DNA of 60,797 nucleotides, the filler included, from Sphacelaria rigidula (lineage: Eukaryota), in NCBI GenBank assembly GCA_964200075.2. It is 5 parts of 5 records of this genome, joined end to end, with 100 filler letters (N's around TTAATTAATTAA, not from the genome) between each part and the next. Parts side by side here need not be neighbours in the genome. Positions count along the whole stretch, not along the records: positions 12,182 to 24,261 come from CAXNAA020004146.1; 4 more parts are not named here. One strand, written 5' to 3'. The notes beneath the pieces were generated by a model. It worked only from the letters and a program-made list of their open reading frames with translations. It did no database searches and was not told where the DNA came from. Position numbers and translations under genes: made by a program. Positions 12,670-24,361 of the stretch are shown here, piece after piece. The first letter of the stretch is position 1. The number at the start of each line of letters is the position of its first letter.

Positions 12670-13200
12670 TAGACTTATTCATCTTCATGTTGACGCCCGG
12701 CGTTTGGATAGCACATCAGCCACAACAAACAACAGCGAACGTACCCTCGAAACACGATTCAGTGTACTGCCAAACGAACAACACATGGAAGCAAATTAAA
12801 CAAAGCACATCGAGCCGACAAACAAGAAACAAAACACAAGAGGCTGAAAAAAGGCACACAGCACAAACAGTACGAGCCGCAGCGCACCTTCGCCTTCTCT
12901 GCATCGCTCTACACCCAAGGCAGCCAAAACCGACTTTTGGTACAGGGCGGTGAGCACCTGTGAAAACAACAGAAGACAAAACAAAAAATGCGAGCAACAA
13001 ATAAAGGCGCCAGACGAAGGGAAAGAGGAAAAACATCAAACGGAAAAGAAGTCAAATTTGAGGAAAGCAAAAAAAAAACTCAAGGGGAAAAAAAAAATGA
13101 AATGGGAGGTTGAAAAAAAGGGAGACGGCGACAACGACGACCATGATGAATACTCTTGTCGCGAGGGGAAAAAAAAAGCAAGACTGACTGACGACAAATA
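12670..13200 (+). repeat. About 530-bp purine-rich direct repeat, copy 1
   Basis: Aligns by eye with 16810-17340 (AACAACAGCGAACGTACCCTC, GGTACAGGGCGGTGAGCACCTGTGAAAACAAC). Confidence 0.85.
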
Positions 13201-13986
13201 AAACAATAATCTACCAAGATATATATGATGTCACCGAGCCCTGCTGGTCCGACCGTCACGACAACACGGCAACACGGCAACACAACAACAGCCAGTGGGG
13301 AAGGGCGAGATGAAGATCACGGTACACGTTCGGATCCAGACCCAAAAGTGTTTCTCCTTACTTCAGCCCGAATAAATGCCGCCGTGACTTGTAGCAGGTT
13401 TCACTTTCTCACGTCGGGCCCCAAGGCTTTGATTTTCTGCGCCACACACCGGGCGGCCGAAGATGTCGCGTGTATGGCTGGCACTCACCATTTTTCTTCG
13501 CTACACTAGATCATTCCTTCAGATCCGATCGAAACACACAACAGTCTTGCGTATTGTTGCACTGCGATGCAACACCACTCGTCGTGTGGTACACGCACCT
13601 GAATTACAGGACGATCAACACGGCTTGATCAAGCTGCATCCTGGGTCCCACTTGCGGTCGCACAGTCCCGTCACATATACGGCGACCAGCATCACGTCGG
13701 CGATACGAGTTCCCGCCAGCGAAGACGACGTGGTCTCGTCTCACACCGGACCACAACCGCCTGCGGACACACGTGCCCCAGAGGTTGACTCCGACTCCGA
13801 CCCGTCCCCCGTGTCCGTCGTTCCTTCCGAGGAAGATGGGAACGTGTCGCCCCTGGGCGAGGTCGAGTCGGAAATCGACTCGGGCGATGAGCCTTCCCTC
13901 GCCCCCGCGGAAGGCTCTTCCACCCCCGGCACGTTGCCGGATACGTCGCCCCGCACCGACAGCAAGATCGACACCCACGGCCACAT

Positions 13987-14282
13987 ATACAGTAGGAAGG
14001 TGCCCGAGTTTGGTGCTACCGTGCCCCCGGGGAAACTCAAGTCAGAGAGTCGGTGGGCCAGGGTCAGTCAGGCTGCACGCTGACCTAGGCCCCGCGGAAC
14101 ACTGTTTAACTATAACATGGACGTTAACCACTCGGAAATTGTTGACGTCCATCGTATCGTTAAAAAGTGTGCCGCGGGGCCTAGCTTGGCGTCCAGCCTG
14201 GCTGGCCTCGGCCCACTGGCTATCCGACTTGAGCTTGCCCGAGGGTACGGTAGCACCAAACTCGGGAACCTTCCTGCTGTAT
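13987..14282. repeat. Long inverted repeat, hairpin 1 (arms about 142 bp, 12-nt loop)
   Basis: 13987-14128 is the imperfect reverse complement of 14141-14282. Confidence 0.92.
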
Positions 14283-14283
14283 T

Positions 14284-14653
14284 TGTCAGTCTCGAGAATG
14301 CTCACGACCTCTACCCTGATGTCGCTCTTCCCGAGCTCGCTGGCCAACTCCGTCGCGATACTCGTGCCCCCGACATCCAGATCCCAAGTGCATCCGGGGC
14401 AGTACTGCTGGATGACTGCCTCCTTCATGCCGACGTTGGTGGCGTAGTCGTCAGCTTCTGGCCTCTTGTAGATGACCTGAAGTTGACGACTACATCACCA
14501 ACGTCGGCATCAAGGAGGCAGTCATCCTTCAGCACTGCCTCGGATGCACATGGGACCTGGACGTCGGGGGCTCGAGTATGGCGGCAGACTTGGCCAGCGA
14601 ACTGGGCAAGATTGATATCGGCGTGCCGGTCGTGAGCATTCTCGAGACTGACA
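14284..14653. repeat. Long inverted repeat, hairpin 2 (arms about 175 bp, about 21-nt loop)
   Basis: TGTCAGTCTCGAGAATGCTCACGACC (14284) pairs with GGTCGTGAGCATTCTCGAGACTGACA (to 14653). The inner ends are GTAGTCGTCAGCTTC / GAAGTTGACGACTAC. Confidence 0.92.
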
Positions 14654-15379
14654 CGGAAATGGACTTTTGAAAAAATATGAAGCCTAAAAATAAAATACCT
14701 TTTTGGAGCTGCCAAATAGAACGATGGGCTTTTGGGGCTGAAGCCTACGACGCAAAGGCCCATTCGCGTGGCCTCAGGACTGTTGTACGTATGGAGTCGG
14801 AAACATGAGAAGGAGGGAGGAGTATCATTGAGCAATTGGTCGATTGCTTGTTCCTCACTACCATAGCTAATCTGTCACGGATCCAATCGCGGTCAATCTG
14901 AAGGGCGATGACACGGAAGCACTCGCCAAGGAAAACTCGAGATAAAGGAAAAAGGCAGCGAAAAAAGCGAAAAAGCAGATGCTTCCCCTGTCCTATGAGT
15001 AAAGTTGAGTATGGGGTGCATCTCATGTCTCCTCGAAGTTAAGACCTCTGCTTCTCACGTCGCCGGGCATGGCAAGCGCGTGTTGATGTTGGCCGAGAAC
15101 GTCAATAGCTGAGTCGTGATCTTCCCCGGTTTACCCAGCTCTTGGTTCACGAATCGCTGGATCACAGTTCCTCCGATTTCTTCGTGGATCTGACGAAAGG
15201 GGCACAACGAGTGGACAAAAGAAGAAGGAACGCTGCTCATACTTTTTGGAACTACCATTGTGTCTCATGAGATGTATACCTCACGAAATTGAAGAACGAG
15301 GCGTAGAAAAAACAGCAAATGAAAACACGCGTTGCTCTCGTTGCAAACGAAAACCAAACAAACAAAAACAAAAACAAAA

Positions 15380-15636
15380 GAGTCATCCTACGATAGGGGG
15401 GGAGGGGGGGGGTATTTTGGGCCACTTCTTGCACGAAATTCCAAGTCAAATCGTCGTTGAAAGCAGCAAGGGTTGCTCAAACGAGCTTGCTATGGATAAA
15501 TAACGCTCATTCATACCGACCGACGCCATTTTGAACCAAAGACAAGCGCACCGCGAGTGTGGCAGGTCGCCTGACACACCTATGAGCCTCTTCTTCCGTG
15601 CAACCAAAACATCCCCACCCTATCGTAGGATGACTC
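15380..15636. mobile_element. Complete MITE family B copy
   Basis: TIR GAGTCATCCTACGATAGGG ... CCCTATCGTAGGATGACTC, in A-rich flanks. Confidence 0.85.
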
Positions 15637-16046
15637 AAAAAAAAATATTTTTTCATACGCGATACCTTGCGAAGAACACCTCTTCTTTGATTGAAGGACA
15701 TTGATTGTCTATTATCCAGGGTGTGATATTTTCAACTACAAACGCCGACGTCAGGGAAAAAAAAAACGGCGAACAGAACAATTTGGCACGACAGTCATAA
15801 TCACAAGCGCCCCCGTATTGTCCAACTTGTCTAACCGATAGCCGACAAGGAAGGACGGAAAGCTGCGGGTTCCTATACCTCCAGGTGCGAATTTTTGTAC
15901 ACAATAAACATATTATTTGAGGTTTTCAACAATAACACAGTACTGTTACATGATTTTCGTCGTGATCAACGTGAGGACGTCGGTAGCAAAATACTCTAGA
16001 CATCTACACTAAAACACAAATATATACCATACCCTATATAGCCTGT

Positions 16047-16440
16047 CGCCCCGGTGGCTCAGTTGGTAAGCTTGACGCCTTCGAAACCTTCGGACGGTTG
16101 GGTCGTGGGTTCCAATCTTGGTAAAGTCACACGATCTAGGATCTTCCCTCACACCATGCCCAACAGAGGAGAGCGACCATGTCGTGAGTATACCCAAAAT
16201 TCGACTCCAGAGTTGACGAGGAAAGGGGATGGCCGAACCCCTCTCGCGATAAAAAAAAAGAAGAAGAAGGCAACAACCGCAGAAGGAAGGTGGAGTACTT
16301 CTACAACAAAAGCAAAAACGAAAAAACTTCCTGTGTTGACCTTCCTCCTGTGAGGCCCCGACTGATGCGCCTACATGTACCGAGAGGTGTAGACCGGCGT
16401 CCAGAATGACCGGGACGACCACACATATTTACATACATGA
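16047..16440 (+). mobile_element. tRNA-derived SINE family 1
   Basis: Head GCCCCGGTGGCTCAGTTGG (Pol III A box) and GGTTCCAATC (B box). The body is shared with 20543-20915 and has a simple-repeat tail. Confidence 0.7.
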
Positions 16441-16809
16441 CACCTTGGACAATGGATTACGATGTCTAAAGGTGTACCACGTACAGTGTGTCATCTATTC
16501 TCTAACGCAATAGACGCAATAGTCGATACTGTGCGCAGTACACTTTTCACAATACAATAGTTTGTCCAAGGTATGATGTACATTCGACGAGCGTTCATGC
16601 GGTGCGGGAGTGTTAAGTCATGATCCAAACCGCGATACCAAGACGCTACGGGGGCGACACAAAATATGCGTGTATATATATATATATATATAGTGTAGCC
16701 ACCGACTTCAACCAAACATTCAAACAGAAAAAAAAACGAGGAAAAAAGCCTTGTAGTGTGCAGCAGCATCAGACATAAAAACACGAGGAAGAAGAAAATA
16801 GTGTACATA

Positions 16810-17340
16810 GACTTGTCCATCTCCATGTTGACGTCCGGCGTCTAGATAGTCAGCCACGAAAAACAACAGCGAACGTACCCTCAAAATACGATTCTGTGTA
16901 CCGCCAAACTAACAACATATGGAAGCAAAAAAATAAAAGCACATGGAGCTCACAAACAAAAAACAGAACACAGTAGGCTAAAAAAAGGGCACACGGCACA
17001 AACAGTACAAGCCGTCGCTCACCGTCGCCTTCCCTACATCGCTCTACACCCAAGGCAGCCACCACCAAGTTCTGGTACAGGGCGGTGAGCACCTGTGAAA
17101 ACAACGAAGAACAACAAAGGGATACAAGCAAAATAAAGGGCACCAGACGAAGGGAAAGAAAAACAAAGCGAAAAAGGAAAAAAAGTATGGGAGGAAAGAG
17201 AACCACATGGATGGGGAAAAAAATGAAGGGGAAAGAGGGAATAAAAAGGGGGCGGCGGAGGGGATAAAAAGGGAAACCATGATGATTTTCTTGTGGCATG
17301 AAGAACCAAAAAAGACTGGCTGACGACAGAGAAAGCAACG
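16810..17340 (+). repeat. About 530-bp direct repeat, copy 2
   Basis: Diverged copy of 12670-13200. Confidence 0.85.
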
Positions 17341-18568
17341 TCCTGCAAGGGAAATAATATTAAAAAAACAGCGTTGAACTGAGAGTGCAATGCATGTATG
17401 CTTTTGTAAATTTTTCGCAGTCGACGATTTTCAAGATTATTTTTCGCGTGCCACCGCTCATCCCAGTCAGCAGTTTATCCTAGCGTTTGGAATCGGGATA
17501 TACTAGGCATCAGCTCCACATTCGGGAACAAAAATAGTCTCTACGCCCAATATATTGTCTTTCCCTTATCCAAAAATAAAATACAACCATCCATCCTCAG
17601 ACGATCTTTAATTCATTTATTCATTTACTAAATTTATTATTTGAAGGACTTCCGAGCTGAATTGACAGGGGGTGTCGTTGACCCTTTTGGTCCGAAACAT
17701 GTTTATTTTCGGCTCTAGCTCAATGAATAGGTTGACACAAAAAATGAGGGCCCGTCAAATCATTCATGATAGTGATCCGAACTGGTTCACCCCCACCTGT
17801 ACTATGCAGAGCTCGGTTGGGCAATTTTCGTTTTCGGGTACTTTTCTGAATTTTCTCGTGTCGTATCCGTCCTTGCCGCTTCAAAGTCCTATCGTCCATA
17901 GATATTGGGAAGATAAACAGGTCGCGCTCACAACACAATTCTCCATTGGTGCTGTCGGGGTGATGCGGAGTGAGTACCTTGTTCACCAGGGGGTGTTGTC
18001 GACCGTCACTGGTTCACAAAACACAGTTTTCCGGCTCCAACGCAATTGATAGGTAGAAATTGACAAACATCGTTCGTCATTTGTTCACGGAAACGATGCA
18101 GATTGCTTCAATCAAGCAAAAATACTCGAGGGCCAGAACCTAGGGCTGGGTAGCTCAGGACCCCTGAAAACCGGTCAGCCCGTACGTTGTTCAATAATGA
18201 GCGCAGATGTGATCGTATTTCGAAATGTGGAACGGGTGCTACTTCCTCCCGATCCCCAAACTTTGGAATCAAGCATTCACTGAGATGAGCGGTGGCACTC
18301 GAAAACACTTTCGAATATCCTCATATACAAAAACACAACAACGACCCCTACCCCTTATTTTAGATGAAAACTACTGTACTGTATTTCTCCTTCTGTATAT
18401 ATATATAACAATGAACTCATTTATCTTTTTCGCCGTTGAAGAGCATTGGACGCAGGTGCACTTTTTGTCATTTTTTTCACTTGATTTTAGAGTACATTTT
18501 TTCGCGCCCATTTCATTCTCCCTGAACTGAAGCTCTGAGAAGCCAGTATTGGCTCTTACTTGATTTTA

Positions 18569-18620
18569 GAGTACAGCGGAGTACAGCGGAGTACAGCGGA
18601 GTACAGCGAAGTACAGCGAA
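18569..18620. repeat. Minisatellite (GAGTACAGCG) x about 5
   Basis: Directly visible tandem decamer. Confidence 0.9.
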
Positions 18621-18801
18621 ACGGGGCCGTCGTTCTGTCAACCTCTGACACGTTTTCCGTATATATATATATATACATTCTATCACGGCTGGGGGAATTA
18701 ATGCCGTGAGTCAGCGCACGTGGACGAGCCCCGATTCCCTACCCCTCCCCCCCGGCAAGGGCATCGTGTTTTTTTTGGGAGGGGGGGGGAGGGGATGTTA
18801 A

Positions 18802-19846
18802 CCCCTTTTGCCCCTTCGGGCCTTCGGGACCGGGCCTCCAAAACTACCAATGAGGCTGGTCAGGGATGACGTGTCTGGCGTCTGCACGAAACAGTGGCTT
18901 CATGTTACTGAAAATCCGCACATGTAACCGCAGGGTTATGAGGAAGACCGAAAGTTTCATCCGATCTATTTTCAGGTGCAGGGTGAGCATTAGGTAATGT
19001 ACATCTGATGTCGTACGCAGTATGGGTCGCCGTAGAGAGCTTTCAACAAGATGCCGGGACCGGCAAGCCGCCCGCCACTTGCGACTTTGGATGATATTAC
19101 TGTCCCCATCACCTTGCCACACAGCCCTTTTGTGGTTGGGGTGGGCCGCGATTTCCCGCATTGTTGCAAGCGGCAAATTCTCTTCGAAGGGTATGGGCGT
19201 TGCGGCGCATATACATACAGTACAGTAGTACAGTAGTGCAGTACGCCTCTCCAACTGCAGCAGCAGCTGCCGCTGCATACTCCCTTGCACGTTCTGAGCA
19301 CTTCTAAGCTACCGAGGTCAATTGCCTATATACCGCTTCTTCATCCCCGCCCACTGCTTACATGTTCACGGTGTTCTGCAAGGCATCGGCAGAATTCATG
19401 ACGATAGCTCCTTCTGTCCCTCCACGGCTCAGTTGGGTTTAGTGCCTCGTGAAAAATTACCACATTGTGACGTGTACACTATTTCCCGATTTTACCCCCT
19501 CCACTCTGTGTTATTGTAATAACTACATTTTAGGATAGGCTGGCGAACAAAAAAAAAGATTCGGGAAATCGTAGGAGCGCTACACTGAATGCAAATAATA
19601 CGAGTAACCGTTCCCCGAGCATCCGCGATTTGCATACCTGGGAAGGCTTGTCTGGGCCACGGATCGGGCCTCCACACGATCTTGGCCGTGACATCAAACT
19701 CGGTAACAATCCCCCCGCTGGTCGTTGGGGTCTGGTCGATAAATTTTGCCCCGCCGTGATTGAGCAGGTTGCTCCCTGACTTTTTTTTTTATATTTCATC
19801 AACACATGGGCAACCCCGTGGTGGTGAGGGGTCGGCCCCAAAAGGG
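18802..19846. mobile_element. piggyBac-like non-autonomous element
   Basis: TTAA|CCCCTTTTG ... CAAAAGGG|TTAA termini, with TTAA at 18798-18801 and 19847-19850. The TIR is short and no transposase is recognisable. Confidence 0.5.
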
Positions 19847-20542
19847 TTAAGCGCCCGCTGGCCTACTGCGCTACTGCAATCGTAGCGGTCGATAAAGAAA
19901 ATACGAGAAATCATTTCAGCACCCCGACCATCCTGCTGGGGTCTCCCTCGTCTACACTATCGCCATCATCTACGGGAGCGTCAGATCGACGAGGTTTTAC
20001 CAGAAGTGGGCTAAATTTTTCCATGGGTGACACATGTGGCAACTATCGCTGATCTCAACCCCAATGCAAGGCATGACGAGAAACCTCGGGGCAAGGTGGG
20101 TGCACAGGGTTCCCTAGGCAATCTGTGGCGTTGGTAGACCTCAAATCGGCGCCTTTAGCTAATCCTAATCCTAACCCTAACCCGGTTTGAATGAAAACGC
20201 GTTCTGCGCACGCTAGGAGCACATGGGACTGCCAAGCCCCACTGAAGATCCGATCCTCGTTGTTCACACTCAGATCAAGTAATACAACTTTGTAGCCCAA
20301 CCCCACTTAACTGAACTGGTCAGATCTCATTGCCGGCCGCGGGCGCCAGGACGGTTAATAGATATGTCCAAAACGTGTGCTTTCGGAACAGCGCTACACA
20401 AGTCTGGTGATCCAGTCAGGACCGCCGCGCTTCCTTTTCAAGACATTCAAGACACAGGAGCAATATATTCAAAATTCGATGCCGGGCAAGTACATACACT
20501 ACAGTAGTGGTTGATTCAGCCTCCCAATGGGAGTACAGCCGA

Positions 20543-20915
20543 TCGCCCCGGTGGCTCAGTTGATATTTCCAACGGGTGAGACGTTGGTTCGAATCTCGGT
20601 GAAGTCACGCGATCTGAGATGTTTCTTGCATCCTGTCCGACAGTGAAGAGCGAGGACTCTCATGTGTCGTGGGTACACAAAAAAACGATTTCATCGTCGA
20701 CGAGGAAACAGGGATCCCTGAACCGTTCTCGGGATAGAGAAGCAAGGCAAGCACCGCAAAAAAAAGGTGCGGCACCAGAAACAAAATGATCAATCAAACA
20801 AAAACCCTGCATTGACCTTCCTCCTTTGTCACCCCGGCTGACACGCTCACACATATTCACAGGTGTAGACTGGTGTCCCGAATAGATGGAACGACAACAC
20901 ACACAAACTACACAG
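20543..20915 (+). mobile_element. tRNA-derived SINE family 1, second copy
   Basis: TCGCCCCGGTGGCTCAGTTG..GGTTCGAATCTCGGTGAAGTCAC; the body matches 16047-16440. Confidence 0.7.
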
Positions 20916-20952
20916 ACGCCGATACAAGACACACGAACAGCTATCTCCTCAC

Positions 20953-21422
20953 CGAGCGGCTGTCGGCGTAGGCACGGTCGTCATCGGCGCAATCGTGAGC
21001 ATCTCCTCTTTCTTCCCCTCACACCTGCCCCGCCCACCCGCCTTCTCCGCTGCCGCCGCCGCTGCCGCTGCCGCCGCGGCATGCGCCGCGGCATGCTGCG
21101 CCACATCCCCCCCCTCAATTGCCGCTACAATCTGAACGGTGCCACCCCCACCCCCTCCGCCGCCCGCATGACTGCCCCCGCCGCCACCACCCTCAGCGGC
21201 CATGGTGCTAATTCCACCGCCTCCCCCAATTCCGCCGCCGCCTCCGCCGCCACTACCGCCGTCGCCGCTCGCGAGTTCTTCGGCAATCTTTTCGGTGCGC
21301 GAAGACTGCGGGCCACCCGGCATCATGGGCTGATCGTCGCTTTCGCGGGAAAACAAGCTGCTGCTAGCGATGAAGCTTGGATCGCCGCGGCTCGTCATTG
21401 TGCGCTGCGATTGCGGCGTGGC
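20953..21422 (-). CDS. Probable exon of an unknown Gly/Ala low-complexity protein
   Basis: GC-rich open frame (MMPGGPQSSRTEKIAEELASGDGG..HAAAAAAAEK) bounded by a pyrimidine-rich CAG acceptor and a GTGAG donor. Confidence 0.55.
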
Positions 21423-22539
21423 CTGGCAAATGAGGAAGGGAAAACCGCCCGCGCGCATGTGTGTGGAGGACGGGGAGGCGGGACGTCTGTGTTGTGGCGG
21501 AGTGGCAGTAATACTGGTGGTGGTTGTGTGTACAAGTAGCAGTCTTCATGTTCTTTGTTTTTCGATGTGTTATGTTCCTGTGTGTGAGTTGAAATGGATA
21601 GATGGCAGGTGCCTTCGTGGATGACTGACTTGATCGACGTATTAATCGTCGCATATCTTCACCTCTCTCCGAGGTATGATGCAGTCGAGTTCACGATGAA
21701 GACGATGTGTAACCAAGTTAAACATTTTACGAGACACAGTACAACATGTATTATATATAAACGAGTCATCATCGATTGTAAACGATAGACGCACTATTCG
21801 ATACTGTACCCAGTGCACTTTGTCCAACGTAATTATTTTGTTGCCCACAGACAACAGTGTTATCATCATACGTTTTCATTTACACACGGTACAAGTAGGA
21901 CAAGAGAAAATGTCAGAGAAAAACAATACGAATTTTGTCTGCTCATCATTATTCTCAAAAACCCGTCGACAAATCAGCCCACTGCCATTGGACAACGACA
22001 TTATCACAATATCAAGACATGAGAACGATGCCACTACTCACCACTGGCTATTATTATAGCGACATCCACTTATTATCTGTTCTTGTTCAGCCGCTTGGGT
22101 ATACACTGTTTATAGAAATTATGGGACTTGAGTGAGTGATACACATTTGCCGTATGAAGGGTGCTTTTGTCTTTTCTTTTCAAGATATGGAACAAAAAAG
22201 GTACACACACACACACACACACACACGTCTCTCATTCTTGGCGACCATCATTGTACGGTTGCGATTGTATACAGTTTCGCTTAGACTGCGACGCATCGAA
22301 AATCTCGAGGAGGGTATTTTCATAACATTTTTTGATGCCTTCGACCATGACATACACTTCGGAAATCTCGAGCAGCATCACTTTACAACAGCTTTTGAAT
22401 CCTTCCAGCTACCGCAGTCTTTTCCCGGCGAGTCCGTGTATAGTATGCAGAGCGCAAGGGTCTGTTGTTGCGATTTGATTTCAACCCTCTCCCTCACCAG
22501 GGTCACGATCTTTTGCACCAACATCACTTCAACCCTTGG

Positions 22540-23170
22540 ACCGCGGTGCGGGTAGTCCATTTGGATCATACATACTTCTTTCAAGTGAATATCGATGCCG
22601 ATTCGACAGGTGACCTGCCCTCGCAACCTATGGGTTAACCCTTAGACGGCGATGCGGGTAGTCCATCTGGATTACACATATTTTTTTCAAGTGAAATTAA
22701 TGCGGATTCAGCAGGTGACCTATACCCTCGCGGTGAAAGGGTCAACCCTTTTGGACCAGTATAATGCGTGAGAGGACCGCGTGTTTGGGGGACCGCATCG
22801 TAGTTCAAAACACCTCAGGATCGACGTTTTTCGAAACCAATCGGGCTAGTCCCCTAGCCCCCACCCTACCCACGGCGAGGTTCACATTCTGATGCGGTCC
22901 TCCAAGCACGCGGTCCTCTTAAGCATTACACCGGACTCCAGGACATATGTGGTTTGCACGCAGGGGCGTTTCCGGTGGCATCATTTTTACTTGGAAATAA
23001 TTGAAAATGATGCCGATTCACGGAAACACCCCTGGGTCCAAACCACATCTTTCTAGGAGTCCGGTCCAAAAGAGTTCACCAGTTAACCCCGAGGGTGTTT
23101 GTTCAACCGCTGAATCGGCATCAATTTCACTTTTTGAAAGTATGATCTAGATGGACTACCCGCATCGCGG
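22540..23170. repeat. Nest of inverted and tandem repeats (MITE-like)
   Basis: GCGGGTAGTCCAT block twice in tandem (about 22548, 22654) and inverted at about 23151. Internal hairpins at 22762-22928 and 22930-23065; AACCCTT/AGGG motifs. Confidence 0.7.
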
Positions 23171-23992
23171 ACGAAGGCTCATTCTGAAAAATGGGGATGA
23201 AACCTAGATGGCCCACCCTGACGGCCAAAGGTTGGGCGAGCACTTTCACCGCCAGGGCGGCCCATCCGGCTCTTCAACCATTCTCCAGTAAATCGGTGGG
23301 TGGACAACCCACCATATGCAAAAAGTCTATCTCCCGATATGATGGGGGGAATAGTGATCCGCCCAAACTTTTTTTCTTAGCGCGATGGTCGAAGGGTGGA
23401 TGTAAGGAACGATTGTTACCGCAAAAAAGACCGCTTCACAAGCGAGAGTACAACATGACGTTTTTGTACTACTGTACTGTCGTTAGAGTTCAACACTTGG
23501 CAGGAGGGAGATGGTCCGCCTTTGTTTTAGTGTGGACACCGAAATCCGGATCTTTAATAGGAGTGGTGCTCCCAGCGTGCAAAACTCATGAGGGGGTCAA
23601 CCAGCGATATTTTGAATGTTCCAAAGGAGGCGACCTTGCCCCCTGAGAAAAAATTGAACCCTTCGACTCCGATGTAGTTCAAGTAGATACAAGTCATTAT
23701 CCATTGAGTTCATTGTTTGGCAGTGCGAATGTTTCGTGACTCGATTTCAATATACGATTCTTATTGCAGTAAAGATTCCAATTTTTCGTGGTGAACAAAA
23801 GAGTCACGCTATGGTAGGGGTGCACTTCTTCGGCGAAAATGTTTCTCGGGGTGTTTGTTGGACGGGTCATTTTGAGATTCGGCATGATTTTTACTTGATC
23901 AAGACTGAAAATGATGCCGATTCACGAAAAGGCCCTTGCGTACGTCTCCACGTCCGGTCCCCGAATATTTCGATTGCACAATAAGAGCCGCC

Positions 23993-24261
23993 GCGCCCCG
24001 GTGGTGTGATGGTCCGACTGTCGCCATTTGGGTGGAGAGAACGGGGGTTCGATTTTCGATGCGTTGGGTTTTTTCTTCGTCATAAATGATTTCCACCGTG
24101 GAAGCGTGAGAACGTGAGTAAACAAAGTCGTCGACTGGGTTTGTGTGACATGATTTGACGCGGTGTGGGAGTGCTGACCCAATCCGAGAAACCAAAATGA
24201 AAGGCACGTACCGGGGGAGAGATGGGTTGATCCCCTGAGCCCACGGACTCATCCCGAGGAA
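23993..24261 (+). mobile_element. tRNA-derived SINE family 2 (truncated by contig end)
   Basis: GCGCCCCGGTGGTGTGATGG (A-box-like) and GGTTCGATT (B-box-like). Homologous copies at 49060, 54635, 58291 and 58608. Confidence 0.75.
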
Positions 24262-24361
24262 NNNNNNNNNNNNNNNNNNNNNNNNNNNNNNNNNNNNNNN
24301 NNNNNTTAATTAATTAANNNNNNNNNNNNNNNNNNNNNNNNNNNNNNNNNNNNNNNNNNNN
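24262..24361. other. Artificial 100-nt spacer
   Basis: N-TTAATTAATTAA-N. Confidence 0.99.

Noticed and set aside
14117-14835. ORFs 14117-14635(+) and 14425-14835(-) as proteins
   Set aside because: Probably antisense shadow frames of the coding-like frame in the hairpin region.
16047-16130. tRNA gene candidate
   Set aside because: No clean cloverleaf or acceptor stem, and it continues into a repeated body; a SINE head.
18990-19420. Possible minus-strand exons continuing the 20953-21422 exon
   Set aside because: They lie inside the TTAA-flanked element, and the phases or peptides are unconvincing.
20159-20183. CCCTAA telomere-like repeats
   Set aside because: Only about four imperfect units, inside a dispersed repeat also seen inverted near 57305-57430.
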